Positions 26,415 through 41,600 of a stretch of DNA of 64,000 bases are shown piece by piece. The stretch's first letter is position 1. Every line of letters begins with the position of its first letter. A program made the position numbers and the translations under genes. A model generated the notes under the pieces. That model was not told the origin of the DNA, ran no database searches, and saw only the letters and a list, made by a program, of their open reading frames with translations. The DNA is from Eledone cirrhosa. Lineage: Eukaryota. The stretch covers positions 187,674,001-187,738,000 of the forward strand of contig OZ024740.1 of assembly GCA_964016885.1 (NCBI GenBank), in the 5' to 3' direction.

Positions 26415-28149
26415 GCTGTTTCAAAACATATTTACCTGTCATATATATATATATATATATAAATATGTTTGGAGTATACACCTGCTTGATATTATTACAA
26501 TAGCCAAATTCAGAAAACATGTTTTCTTCTTCGTTTCTTATATGATAACCTCAGATTTGAATGTGGGGAAGGGTCAAGTAGTAAAGTTCATATGTGCCTA
26601 CAATTTGAGGAGTTTTTGTCCCCTTCAATTTCTCTTTGATTCACTCTGTTCTGTTACATGCAAGTGAGTCATTTAGACTACACATACATGTATATATCTG
26701 TAAACCACATATATAAATCATGTTGTTATCACTGATTACTTAAAATATTTAAGGAGTAGTTTGAAATGGTGCCTTCATTTCATATCTGACTAGAACCTAT
26801 TACTAACTCTTGATTTTCCAATAATAATGTTTCTTCAAATATTTTTAAGTGGTTAATCATTGTTGCCCATATATAGTAGGTTAAAGCATTGGTTATATTT
26901 AATTCATGGAAAGGCGGACATAAAATGATGATGATGATGATGATGATTCTAGACTATTACCGCTAATGAATATCAAAGTAGTTTCAGATTTTTTGTATAC
27001 ATTCTTATACATAAATATAGTTTTGACAAGATAATCTGAATGTTTTTTTAAAACTTTTTTATTGAATATTTTTCAAAAGTTTTGACATAAGTGTTTATAT
27101 TTGCTTGACTGTATCTATTGTTTTTAGTGTTTTGTTATTATTTATCTAGGTCATGATACATTTTTATAGCAAAGGAACAAAAAGATAAGGAAATAGTTTT
27201 TTCCTTGTACATTTTCGAATTTGTGAGTATGTAAAGAAATATAAAATGGAAAAGTTGTCATACTTCTCATTATAGTTTCTTAAATAGTTTAGGAAAATTA
27301 TATGGAGTGACTCAAGAACTTATATAGATGGGGATTTGATATAAAATGTCAGTTTTATATTCTTGCTGCTTGAGATAGCAGGTTGAAAATATTTTTATAT
27401 AACAATATTATTTTAAGTCATGATTTTATTTCATAGAATTAGAAAAAATTCTACTTATTCATGTCATCATGAAATATATTTATGAGTTTCATTTCGTGAA
27501 TTCATATATAAATTTTTCTTTCACCAATTTGTCACTGGTTTGAATAGAATCTAATTAATTCTAGGTTATTTTACAATAATCTAGAAACACTGCCACCATC
27601 ACCACTATTAATTTTAACTGACAATGTAGCTTAATGGAAATAAAACCTATATCTATGTATTTTCTGCATTTAGAAACTGTTATATAAGTACATCAGTGCA
27701 CTACATATTTGCCATTCACATCATTTATTGTGGCAGCAAAGGTCTGCAGATTAATAGAAATGACAGAATGTCAAACAAAATTCTGGTATAGTGTTTCATC
27801 ATCGTCAGTTTGAGCTCGCTCAAATTTGTATAATTCATTCACTGTCTCAATCTTGCATAGAATTTGGAAGGTCAGCTTAGTAAGATCTCGTGGATGGTTT
27901 GAGTTTCTGTTGTGGTGTCTCTAGCATTTACAGGAATTTGAAAATTCTGTTTATTACAAAAAATTGGCTATGGTTGCTATTTGTTTAATATGCAATTTTG
28001 TAGATTGATGACAGTCACGTGATTAGGCATAGTCATTTTTGTGCCATAGAGTATATATATACACATATATATTTATATATATATTTATATATATATATAT
28101 ATGTATATATATATACATATATATTTATATGTATATATATATATATATT

Positions 28150-28180
<31 letters not shown>

Positions 28181-28386
28181 GTATATATGTATATATATAT
28201 ATATATATATTTGTATGTATATATATATCATCATCACCGTTTTACGTCCATTCTTCCACGCTAGCATGGGTTAGATGGATATATTTATATGTATATATAT
28301 ATTCCATATGGAATTGACCAGCTCTATCCAGTGGTGAACCTCAAACCTGAATATATATATTTATATGTATATATATATATATTTAT

Positions 28387-28456
<70 letters not shown>

Positions 28457-28682
28457 TTATATATATATATATATATATATGCATGTTTATATATATATAT
28501 ATATATATGTATGTTTATATATATATATTTATATATATATTTATTTATATATATATATATTTATATATCTATTTATTTATATATATATTTATATTTATAT
28601 ATCTATTTATTTATATATATATATATTTATATATATATTTATATATATATATATATATATATGTTTATATGTATATATCTAT

Positions 28683-28724
<42 letters not shown>

Positions 28725-28778
28725 GTATATATCTATTTATATGTATATATATATATATATTTATATGTATATATCTAT

Positions 28779-28820
<42 letters not shown>

Positions 28821-28837
28821 GTACATATCAATACTCT

Positions 28838-28881
<44 letters not shown>

Positions 28882-28890
28882 AGAGTATTG

Positions 28891-28941
<51 letters not shown>

Positions 28942-29431
28942 AGAGTATTGAAATTTGCTTGAAGCATTGTGGAATAATAAGTAAATATCTTTAAGTCGTT
29001 TGGAAGCCTCGACAATGCAAATGGGTAAATCTCTGGGTAACAAGATCCAGTGCTGGAGAGAGAGATGTAAGTGGGTGTAAGTTGAGATGTGTGGTGTGTA
29101 TAAGAAGTGTAAGATGTGTAGAAGAATGAAGGGAAGAGTATAAAGGATAAAATAAAAATAACAACACAAGAGAGAGTTACCTTGGGAGAGATTTAATAAT
29201 CCCTATATATTTCGGATTCACCACTATCAACTGGGGTTTTTTTCCGGGGTGGGGGAAAGGTTGTCTGTCAGACAGGTGCGAAACGCGTCTTCCGCTGTTT
29301 GTTGTTTTAAATATCTGAGGTATTCGGCAGAGCGCGCGTGCGCGTGAAATGGGGTCGGTCGGGCAGAGGTCAGCCGTCTAATGAGGGAGTGGGGTGGCGC
29401 TAGCTGTCAGTCCATTCTCTGCCTGTATATA

Positions 29432-29472
<41 letters not shown>

Positions 29473-29587
29473 GTATATGTATATATATATTTATATGTAT
29501 ATATATGTATAAATATATGTATATATTTATATGTATATATATATATATACATATATATTTATATGTATATATATATACATATATATT

Positions 29588-29662
<75 letters not shown>

Positions 29663-29678
29663 ATATATATATATTTAT

Positions 29679-29730
<52 letters not shown>

Positions 29731-29748
29731 GTATATGTATATATATAT

Positions 29749-29788
<40 letters not shown>

Positions 29789-29929
29789 GTATATATATAT
29801 ATTTATATGTATATATATATATTTATATGTATATATATATTTATATGTATGTATATATATATATTTATATGTATATATATATATATATTTATATGTATAT
29901 ATATATAGTTATATGTATATATATATATT

Positions 29930-29960
<31 letters not shown>

Positions 29961-30032
29961 GTATATATATATATATAGATTTATATGTATATATATATAT
30001 ATATAGAGATTTATATGTATATATATATATAT

Positions 30033-30072
<40 letters not shown>

Positions 30073-30095
30073 GTATATATATATATATATATATT

Positions 30096-30126
<31 letters not shown>

Positions 30127-30133
30127 ATTTATA

Positions 30134-30181
<48 letters not shown>

Positions 30182-30309
30182 AAAGTTTTATTTAAAATTG
30201 TTGGGTTACAACGAGTAAATATTTTATAACTGATATAAAAGCACTCAACAGTTTCTGGAGTAGGTTTACGATATTAAACAAATGGAAACTATATTTATAA
30301 AACCATATT

Positions 30310-30375
30310 TATTTCGTTATATATATTTCTGGGATATCATATTAAAAATATGGTATGCCTTCCTCAGACAAAATA
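30310..30375 (-). ncRNA. Hammerhead ribozyme (family A), stem II closing mismatch
   Basis: UAUUUUGU-CUGAGGA-AGG...CCA-GAAA-UAUAUA-UA-ACGAAAUA. Confidence 0.6.
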
Positions 30376-30994
30376 CAATACATAAGCTGTTTTATAAATA
30401 ATTTTGACATACCTTATAATAATGCAACTTCTATTCAAAAAGTTGATTTGGTAGTGAAACTGTTATGACAGTTATATAGAAAGAAAAACGAAGATGAAAA
30501 GAAGATGAAGAGATGTATGTAAATAAAAAAAGAAGAAGATGAAGAGATGTATGTAAAGAAAAACAACAGAGCGAGATAGAGAGAGAAGGAGATATTGGAG
30601 AGAGAAATACATTGAGGAAGTGAAAAAATATAGTAGGCAGCTTTTGGACAGATGATCATCGTATATGTGAGAGGTTAAGGAGGGAAGGGATACAGTTAAA
30701 CTAGCCGACACATAAATCACGTCCAGTGTAGAGGAGAAAAACTTTTTCACTTCCTCAATGTATTTCTCTCTCCCATATCTCCTTCTCTCTCTATCTCGCT
30801 CTTTTGTTTTTATTTACATACATCTCTTCATCTTCTTTTTTTATTTACATACATCTCTTCATCTTCTTCTTTTCATCTTCGTTTTTCTTTCTATATAACT
30901 GTCATAACAGTTTCACTACCAAATCAACTTTTTAAATGGAAGTTGCATTATTATAAGGTATGTCAAAATTATTTATAAAACAGCTTATGTATTG

Positions 30995-31060
30995 TATTTT
31001 GTCTGAGGAAGGCATACCATATTTTTAATATGATATCCCAGAAATATATATAACGAAATA
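30995..31060 (+). ncRNA. Hammerhead ribozyme (family A), stem II closing mismatch
   Basis: TATTTTGT-CTGAGGA-AGG...CCA-GAAA-TATATA-TA-ACGAAATA. Confidence 0.6.
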
Positions 31061-31101
31061 ATTATGGTTTTATAAATATAGTTTCCATTTGTTTAATATC
31101 G

Positions 31102-31132
<31 letters not shown>

Positions 31133-31198
31133 GTATATATATATATATTTATATGTATATATATATATATATATATTTATATGTATATATATATATAT

Positions 31199-31248
<50 letters not shown>

Positions 31249-31284
31249 GTGTATATATATATATATTTATATGTATATATATAT

Positions 31285-31496
<212 letters not shown>

Positions 31497-31527
31497 GTAT
31501 ATATATATATATATATATATTTATATG

Positions 31528-31630
<103 letters not shown>

Positions 31631-31744
31631 GTATATATATATGTATTGAAGTTTCCGTTTAAAATTGAAAAAGTCATAGGAGTCAAGAGTGCTCTATGTA
31701 AGTACCAGAGCAAAATTTAATGTATAATAAACAATACAATATAA

Positions 31745-31820
31745 TTACCTCATTACCAGAAGTTTCCCGAATAAAACGAATACGAAAAAAACGTCCTCAT
31801 TCGTTCGTCGGACAAGGCAA
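31745..31820 (-). ncRNA. Degenerate hammerhead motif at the 3' end of the Naiad-type PLE
   Basis: UUGCCUUGU-CCGACGA-(long stem II)-GAAAC-UUCUG-GUA-AUGAGGUAA; 9-bp stem I, U4->C core change. Confidence 0.5.
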
Positions 31821-32525
31821 TATAAAACATAGTGAAATATTTAGAAAGTCTCCTCAAAAAATGCAAATAAAATATATATATATAAATATATATATAAAAA
31901 AAATATAAGGAAATATAGTTAGGTGTGTCTATATGTATGTATATACACTCACAAATGTACATATGCATGTATGTACAAATGCGTGTGTATGGTGAAAATG
32001 TGTGCGTAAGTACATATATGAGGGCAAGTATATTTGTGTATATGTAACCACAAATACGGATATAATATGAGTTGAAAAAGAAAATGATAATATAGTTGAC
32101 ACGTATCCAGAAACAGGTATTAGATACACATACGAGTATGAAAGCACGCGTATAAAGACACACACCCGCGCGGTCACTTATATGCGGAAGATAAAGAGGG
32201 AAGGGTGTATAATAGTTAAAAGAAAGTGTCATTCTCGATATATGTATAAAAATGAAACAATATATGAGAAAGAAAAAAATGTTTAAATGAAAGAGAAAGT
32301 AGTCAATTAACACTAGAGAAAAGAAAAGAAAAGAAAAGAAAACAAACATAGGTACACGCGTACATACACATATATCTATAAAAAACATATATCTATAAAA
32401 AAATATTTATACACACAAATACGTACAGACAAAAGCGCATGCATGCGTACATACATACACAGGATGCACGTATATACATACATACATATCGCCCCATGTA
32501 TATCTAATCACACGTACGTACGTGA

Positions 32526-32577
<52 letters not shown>

Positions 32578-33110
32578 GTAGACATACACATCCATACACA
32601 CAATACATATATACACACATACAAACATACACATTCACGTACATTCACTCGCTTACACACACACACATAAAAATAAGAATGTAAAAAACATAGATGTAAA
32701 AACACAGATATAAAAACACATACAGACACATATATATATATGCACGCACGCGCACATACGGAGGCGTTCGTGTACATATACAGAACGTATACACACATAA
32801 AGACGCTCAGACATATAGATACAGAGTATAAAACAGCCTTATGAATAAATGGGTACAAATATAAAATCGGCTGCGAAACAACAGTAAATATCTGGAGTGG
32901 AAAACACAAGTGACTTCTATAATCAGGTAGTAAAGAAAATAGGGAAGTAAAATGTGGAATGTGAAGATATTAGGTAAGTGAATCGAAGAATCAAGGGGAT
33001 GTGAAGTAAAAATAAAAATAAAAATAAAAATAAAAATAAAAATAAAAATAAAAATAAAAATAAAATTAAAAATAAGGTTAAAAATCAAAGTAAATAAGAA
33101 AGAGTAGTCT

Positions 33111-34667
<1,557 letters not shown>

Positions 34668-34720
34668 CATGTATATATATATATATATATATTTACATGT
34701 ATATATATATATATATATAT

Positions 34721-34846
<126 letters not shown>

Positions 34847-34908
34847 GTATATATATATATATATATATAGCGGCGATGAATTAGTTAGTTAGATCGCAGA
34901 TATATATA

Positions 34909-34976
<68 letters not shown>

Positions 34977-35000
34977 TGTATATATATATATATTTATATG

Positions 35001-35031
<31 letters not shown>

Positions 35032-35052
35032 TTATATATATGTATATATATT

Positions 35053-35087
<35 letters not shown>

Positions 35088-35118
35088 ACATATATGTATA
35101 TATATATATATTTATATG

Positions 35119-35149
<31 letters not shown>

Positions 35150-35286
35150 TTATATATATGTATATATATTTATATATATGTATATATATTTATATATATG
35201 TATATATATTTATATATATATATACATATATGTATATATATATATATTTATATGTATATATATATGTATATATATTTATATATATG

Positions 35287-35318
<32 letters not shown>

Positions 35319-35412
35319 TGTATATATATATATATTTATATGTATATATATATATATATATGTATATATATTTATATATATGTATATATATATATATATA
35401 TACATATATGTA

Positions 35413-35768
35413 TCATCATCATCATCATCATCATCAACGTTTAACGTCCGTGTTCCACGCTTGCATGGGTTTGGACGGGGGTAGTCCCACTTGAGGCAAG
35501 AGTGATTGTCTTGCTCGCATAGGACTGTCTGGCAGGTTTTCTACAGTTGGATGCCCTTCCTAACACCAACCACATTTACAGTGTGGGTCTGGGAGGTTTT
35601 TACCGTGTTGCCTACACGGCCACATTACAGCGTGGACTGTGTGTTTTTTTGTCGTGACACCTACACGATCTCATTTGTTTCGGCCTCAATGGCGCGGCAC
35701 CAACATAACTTTACATAGAACGGGGTGGTGTGGATGGGGTGGGGGCGGGGGTGGTGGGACGGGGTGTA
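35413..35768 (-). mobile_element. RTE LINE 3' UTR-only copy
   Basis: Matches the 3' UTR of 21915-22383 with a (CAT)n tail. Confidence 0.9.
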
Positions 35769-35788
35769 TTTATTTATATGTATATATA

Positions 35789-35847
<59 letters not shown>

Positions 35848-35904
35848 TTATATATATGTATATATATTTATATATATGTATATATATTTATATATATGTA
35901 TATA

Positions 35905-35993
<89 letters not shown>

Positions 35994-36100
35994 TTATATA
36001 TATATATGTATATATATAAATACATGCCAAATCAACCTCCCAAATGCAAGTCGATTGAAAGGTATGTCATATCTATTTATTTATAAGACTGTTTATATTG

Positions 36101-36166
36101 TATTTTGTCTGATGAAGGCATAACATATTGTTAATATGATATCCCTGAAATATATATAATGAAATA
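36101..36166 (+). ncRNA. Hammerhead ribozyme (family A)
   Basis: TATTTTGT-CTGATGA-AGG..CATATT GTT AATATG..CCT-GAAA-TATATA-TA-ATGAAATA; intact core. Confidence 0.7.
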
Positions 36167-36311
36167 AATATGGTTTTATATATATAGTTTCCATTTATTT
36201 AATATCATAAATATACTCCAAATACTTGTTGAGTGCTTTTATATCAGTTATAAATATTTACTCGTTGTTAACCCAACAATTTAAATATAACTTTCCATAT
36301 ATTTATATATA

Positions 36312-36415
<104 letters not shown>

Positions 36416-36486
36416 AATATATGTATATATATATATTTATATATATATATATATATATATACATATATATGTATATATATATATAT

Positions 36487-36568
<82 letters not shown>

Positions 36569-36575
36569 TTATATG

Positions 36576-36608
<33 letters not shown>

Positions 36609-36654
36609 TTATATGTATATATATATATATTTATATGTATATATATATATATAT

Positions 36655-36712
<58 letters not shown>

Positions 36713-36743
36713 TTATATGTATATATATATATATATTTATATG

Positions 36744-36822
<79 letters not shown>

Positions 36823-37036
36823 TTATATGTATATATATATTTATATATAGCGGCGATGAATGAGTAAGTTAGATCGCAGATATAAAAGACGGCGAGAAGC
36901 GAAAACCAACCAAACAGTGAGTGTGTTCTGTTATTAATTCTGGCAATATTACGCAAATATGACCCTCCCCAAATATATATATAAATATATTTATATATAT
37001 ATATTTATATGTATATATATATATATGTATATATAT

Positions 37037-37074
<38 letters not shown>

Positions 37075-37162
37075 GTATATATATATATATATATATATTT
37101 ATATGTATATATATATATATACGATATTAAACAAATGGAAACTATATTTATAAATCCATATT

Positions 37163-37228
37163 TATTTCGTTATATATATTTCAGGGATATCATATTAAAA
37201 ATATGGTATGCCTTCCTCAGACAAAATA
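37163..37228 (-). ncRNA. Hammerhead ribozyme (family A)
   Basis: UAUUUUGU-CUGAGGA-AGG...CCU-GAAA-UAUAUA-UA-ACGAAAUA; intact core. Confidence 0.7.
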
Positions 37229-37308
37229 CAATACATAAGCTGTTTTATAAATACTCGTTGTAACCCAACAATCTTAAATAAAACTTTTGCATATATATAT
37301 ATATATAT

Positions 37309-37364
<56 letters not shown>

Positions 37365-37388
37365 GTATATATATATATATATATATAT

Positions 37389-37429
<41 letters not shown>

Positions 37430-37518
37430 TATATTTATATGTATATAGATATATTTATATGTATATATATATATTTATATGTATATATATATATTTATAT
37501 GTATATATATATATATAT

Positions 37519-37572
<54 letters not shown>

Positions 37573-37712
37573 GGTTATGCACGAGTGCATTAATGTTTTC
37601 CAAGACACAGTGTTATGTACCGTGTAGTGGAATGTCAGCTTACAACAGAATGGTGCTCAACGAAATGCAGAAAAAAGGTGTATATTCAAGTTTAGCTATA
37701 TTCCGGGGCGTG

Positions 37713-37947
37713 TATAAAGAATTAAAAAGAACAGAAAGATGCAGTAAAAGAGATTTATTCGGTTCTTACGTTTACGTACGTTTCAATAGACATCTATTTG
37801 CCTAGATCTCGCTACATCTATAATATTATATATTTAGTAGAGCATAACATTATAGATGTAGCGAGATCTAGGCAAATAGGTGTCTATTGAAACGTACGTA
37901 AGAACAGAATAAATCTCTTTTACTGCATCTTTCTGTTCTTTTTAATT

Positions 37948-37954
<7 letters not shown>
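37713..37954. repeat. Fold-back inverted repeat (~110-bp arms, 24-bp loop)
   Basis: 37713-37824 is the reverse complement of 37849-37954; contains GAAACGTACGTA (HHR 3' half). Confidence 0.9.
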
Positions 37955-37992
<38 letters not shown>

Positions 37993-38026
37993 TAACAAAT
38001 GGAAACTATATTTATAAAACCATATT

Positions 38027-38091
38027 TATTTTATTATACATATTTCAAGGACACCAAAGCAAATTATGGTTCGCTTTCATCAGATAAAATA
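38027..38091 (-). ncRNA. Hammerhead ribozyme (diverged family A)
   Basis: UAUUUUAU-CUGAUGA-AAG..ACCA..UGGU..CUU-GAAA-UAUGUA-UA-AUAAAAUA; stems show changes that preserve pairing relative to 36101. Confidence 0.7.
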
Positions 38092-38286
38092 TAATATAGA
38101 TCAGTTTTACAAACAAATATTGACATACCCTTAAAGAATGCGACCATGTCAGTTAGAAGCTCCTGGCAGCTTCCAACCGACATTTGTTGATATATCGTAT
38201 TTTTACTCCAATAATTTGTTGAGTGCTTTATATCAGTTATAAAAAAATATTTGCTTGTTGTATGCCAACAAATTAAATATAACTTC

Positions 38287-38328
<42 letters not shown>

Positions 38329-38337
38329 TATATATAT

Positions 38338-38441
<104 letters not shown>

Positions 38442-38480
38442 GTATATATATATATATATAGTAATAATAATAATAATAAT

Positions 38481-38535
38481 AAGAGTTTCAGAAGATCCCG
38501 TTAAGGGTGAAAGCAGCGATTCTTTGCTTAACTTT
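38481..38535 (+). ncRNA. Degenerate hammerhead-like motif
   Basis: CAGAAGA-TCCC GTTAA GGGT-GAAA-GCA...TGC-TT; core U4->A, imperfect stem I. Confidence 0.35.
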
Positions 38536-38544
38536 AATCTGTTA

Positions 38545-38621
<77 letters not shown>

Positions 38622-38639
38622 GTATATATATGTATATAT

Positions 38640-41600
38640 CTATTCTATCTGGGATGGACACACGCGTGAATCTTGCTGAGTAAGTTCTGTTTAAATTTCT
38701 ATAGAAATTCCTGTTTGTAAACTTTAACTTTTGTGCCATTTTGTAGAGGGACTGCCAGGTCAAATTTTGATCTGGTCAGTCTCCTAAAATATTCTACGCC
38801 TTTAGGCGAAATAGTTAAACAAAAGTTTTTTTTTGTTGAAAAGTTAACATTTTAAAAAATGGCTGAAGCTTCTTCACCAAAATTTGAAGGAGGAAAAGGG
38901 AAGATAATCTTACAGCTTCCCCCTGCCACTGTCACAGTAGCTGAGGTCAAAGACAAAGGTCAGCCAGAGGAAGGATTTTCTCCACCTGCTGACCGACAAC
39001 TTGACGTTGCCATGGCAACAAACCAAACAACCAGCGGCACCAGCAACAACAACAACAACAACAATGCTACGGACGAAAACAACACCAATAACAATAACAA
39101 CAACAACAAGACCAATAACTGTGATAACAACAACACCACCAACTACAGCTGCAACACAAACAAGGAAAAGGTCTCCTTCACCCAGACGGCAAGTAAAACC
39201 CTCGACTATCTGTCAGTAGATATAACCAAAGCGAAGGAGCTACTGGCAGATGCCAAAAAATATATAGTGTACGGGGAAAATGGTGCATTTTCGATCCCCC
39301 CCCCTCCCGGAACTAAAAAGCCAGAGACTCCTAAACACTGTCATGCTTAGGACAATCTCAAATAAAATCAAAAAACCAGCTCAACCATCACAGAGTGAGA
39401 TAGAGCTGGTTTTAAAAGACGTCATGAAGGACATCACCTTCATTCAGAAGGATAGACTCTACGGGAGTCTATCCATTCTCATGAAGGACAGGGACACAGC
39501 AGTGAAACTGTACATCAAACCAATTACATCCACCGCATACACCTTCTACCCTACGTACATGGGTAGAAGGACACACAAAATAAAAATCCTCACCATCCTG
39601 CCGATTATGGACATATGGTGGGTTTTGACAGGTTTCCTGAACCTGGATGATGACACACTGGTGTCCATGGGAAAGGCATCGGGTGACGCGTTCAGTGGAA
39701 CGAGCCTCGAACTCGTAGTTCAAATGAGGCCCGAAGGATCGCCCAGATCCCTGAACGCGTCATACTGGATGATCAAACTTTCATCAACATTACCGTTGAG
39801 GGTAGGCGGCCCTCATGTTACCTCTGTGGAACCAGAGGTCACCTGAGGGATGTCTGTCCCCAACTTAATAAGAAAACCCCAATCCTGCCTACACCACCAA
39901 CAACTGCACAACCAACACAACCACCACAACCACCACTACAAAAACAACAACTACAGCTCAAACCAAAACAAAAAAATGTCCAACCCATCCCCTCCACTAA
40001 AAAAAAAAACAATTCCCAAAACACCCGCACCGCAAACACAACCCGAAAATATACCCCTCCCCTCCAAAACACACCTCAGACACACAAATGAAAACAACCC
40101 CTCCTCAAAACAAAACACTGACACCAACACAAATGAGCACACAACAACAGCAAACAAAAAACACCACACAAAAACAAAAACATGCATACACATACATAAA
40201 CACAAGAAACAAAAAACTGTTAAACATTGTGTACAACAACAATTTAATAAAAACCCAAGGGCCTAACTTCACCCAGGCAGGGGATTTCCCCCACCTTAAA
40301 ATGATTAAGGCCCCAAAGGACACTTATAAAACTCTAAAAGACAACTTTAAAGAGGACGTGGGCCCCCATGCGTCGGGCCCATTAACCGCGTCCTCCTAAA
40401 AAAACTACCCCACCCCCTCCCCAAACACCCACACAACTCAAAACACCCCAACCACACAACACACTGATGCCCCTACACTTCCACAAACCACCACCCCACC
40501 CAACAACCCATCCCCACCCTCATGGAAATTGTGCAGCCCGATACCCGGGATGCAGAGAGGTAAGTGCCTTTTCTCTTCACCACCAACATGGCTATGCTAA
40601 GAGTAGGCTGTTTAAATGCGCGTGGTCTGGGCTCAACTTGGAAGCAAGCAATGCTTCTAAATGACCTCAGGTCACAACGTATAGATGTAATGGTTATTTG
40701 CGAGGTCCGGATCAGCAACGTGCGACAGCTGGCCCCCACCTTTGATGACATTGAGATGCACGCATCACTCTGTCAGCCCGGAGGTGAGGGTGGGGTTGTC
40801 GTTCTGCTGCAAAAACATCTAGGTCTCGCAACACAGACGGTACATTTGGACCCAGAGGATCGACTAGTTGTCCTGGACCTTGGCAGTGGTGAAGGCGGAG
40901 CGTTTAGGTTGGTAGCCGCCTACGGCCCTTTCGGGTCAATGCGGCCGGACTTCTTCCATCGTCTGGAGACTTTTCTAGGGACGTCCCGCTCCTTGCTATT
41001 AGTGGGGGACTGGAATGGTATCCTAGATGCACGCTGGGACTACGTAAGGGCCTGTCCCGATAGAGAGGGGTGTAATAGCCTCAAAGGGTTAATCGGTCGA
41101 TTTGACCTGGCCGATAGATATCAACTAGATTTTCCGACTGCGCCAACCTGGACTTGGGCAAATAGCAGCGGATCATCTAGGTCGTACCTAGATAGGTTCT
41201 TAGTTAGAAATAAGGATAAGGACATTTTAAGTTGTCCAAAAATGAGCATGGTTGGCTATTCAGACCACAAGTTAGTGAGCTGCATGGTCAACCTTGACAG
41301 AACACATAAACAGGGACCCGGTTACTGGAAGCTCAACTTGTCCTTACCGGCAAGTAAGGCTTACAGGAACCGGATTAGCACTTTAGTTAAGGAGCGGTTG
41401 ACGGGCGCCATCGCCAACAGCAGGTGGTGGGGACCTCTCAAAAGAGAGATTAGAGAAGTCTCTATAGAATTTAGTAAGGCGTTAGCCTCAAATAGAAATA
41501 TGAAGGAAAGGGAGCTGGTAGATAGTGTAGAAAAGGCAATTAGAAGCGGCGACGTGGCCAGAGTGCTGGCGTCGAGAACGGCCCTGGACCAGTTCTTCGA

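Larger units (their letters stand above)
30268..31102. mobile_element. Inverted duplication (~355-bp arms) of an HHR-bearing PLE-terminal element
   Basis: 30268-~30625 is the reverse complement of ~30743-31102 with a ~120-bp spacer; same family at 36020-36297, 37121-37290 and 37990-38290. Confidence 0.85.

Noticed and set aside
14300-28000. Host exons in the AT-rich unique stretches (e.g. 17556-17792, 18180-18250, 26266-26667)
   Set aside because: No recognisable domain or consistent splice and frame pattern; small exons cannot be excluded without RNA-seq
29270-29292. GAAACGCGTC on the plus strand as an HHR
   Set aside because: No upstream CUGANGA or stem II
32170-32235. ATGA-N11-AA on the minus strand as a SECIS candidate for the UGA-containing PLE
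   Set aside because: No complementary helix II or correctly placed GA quartet could be formed by eye
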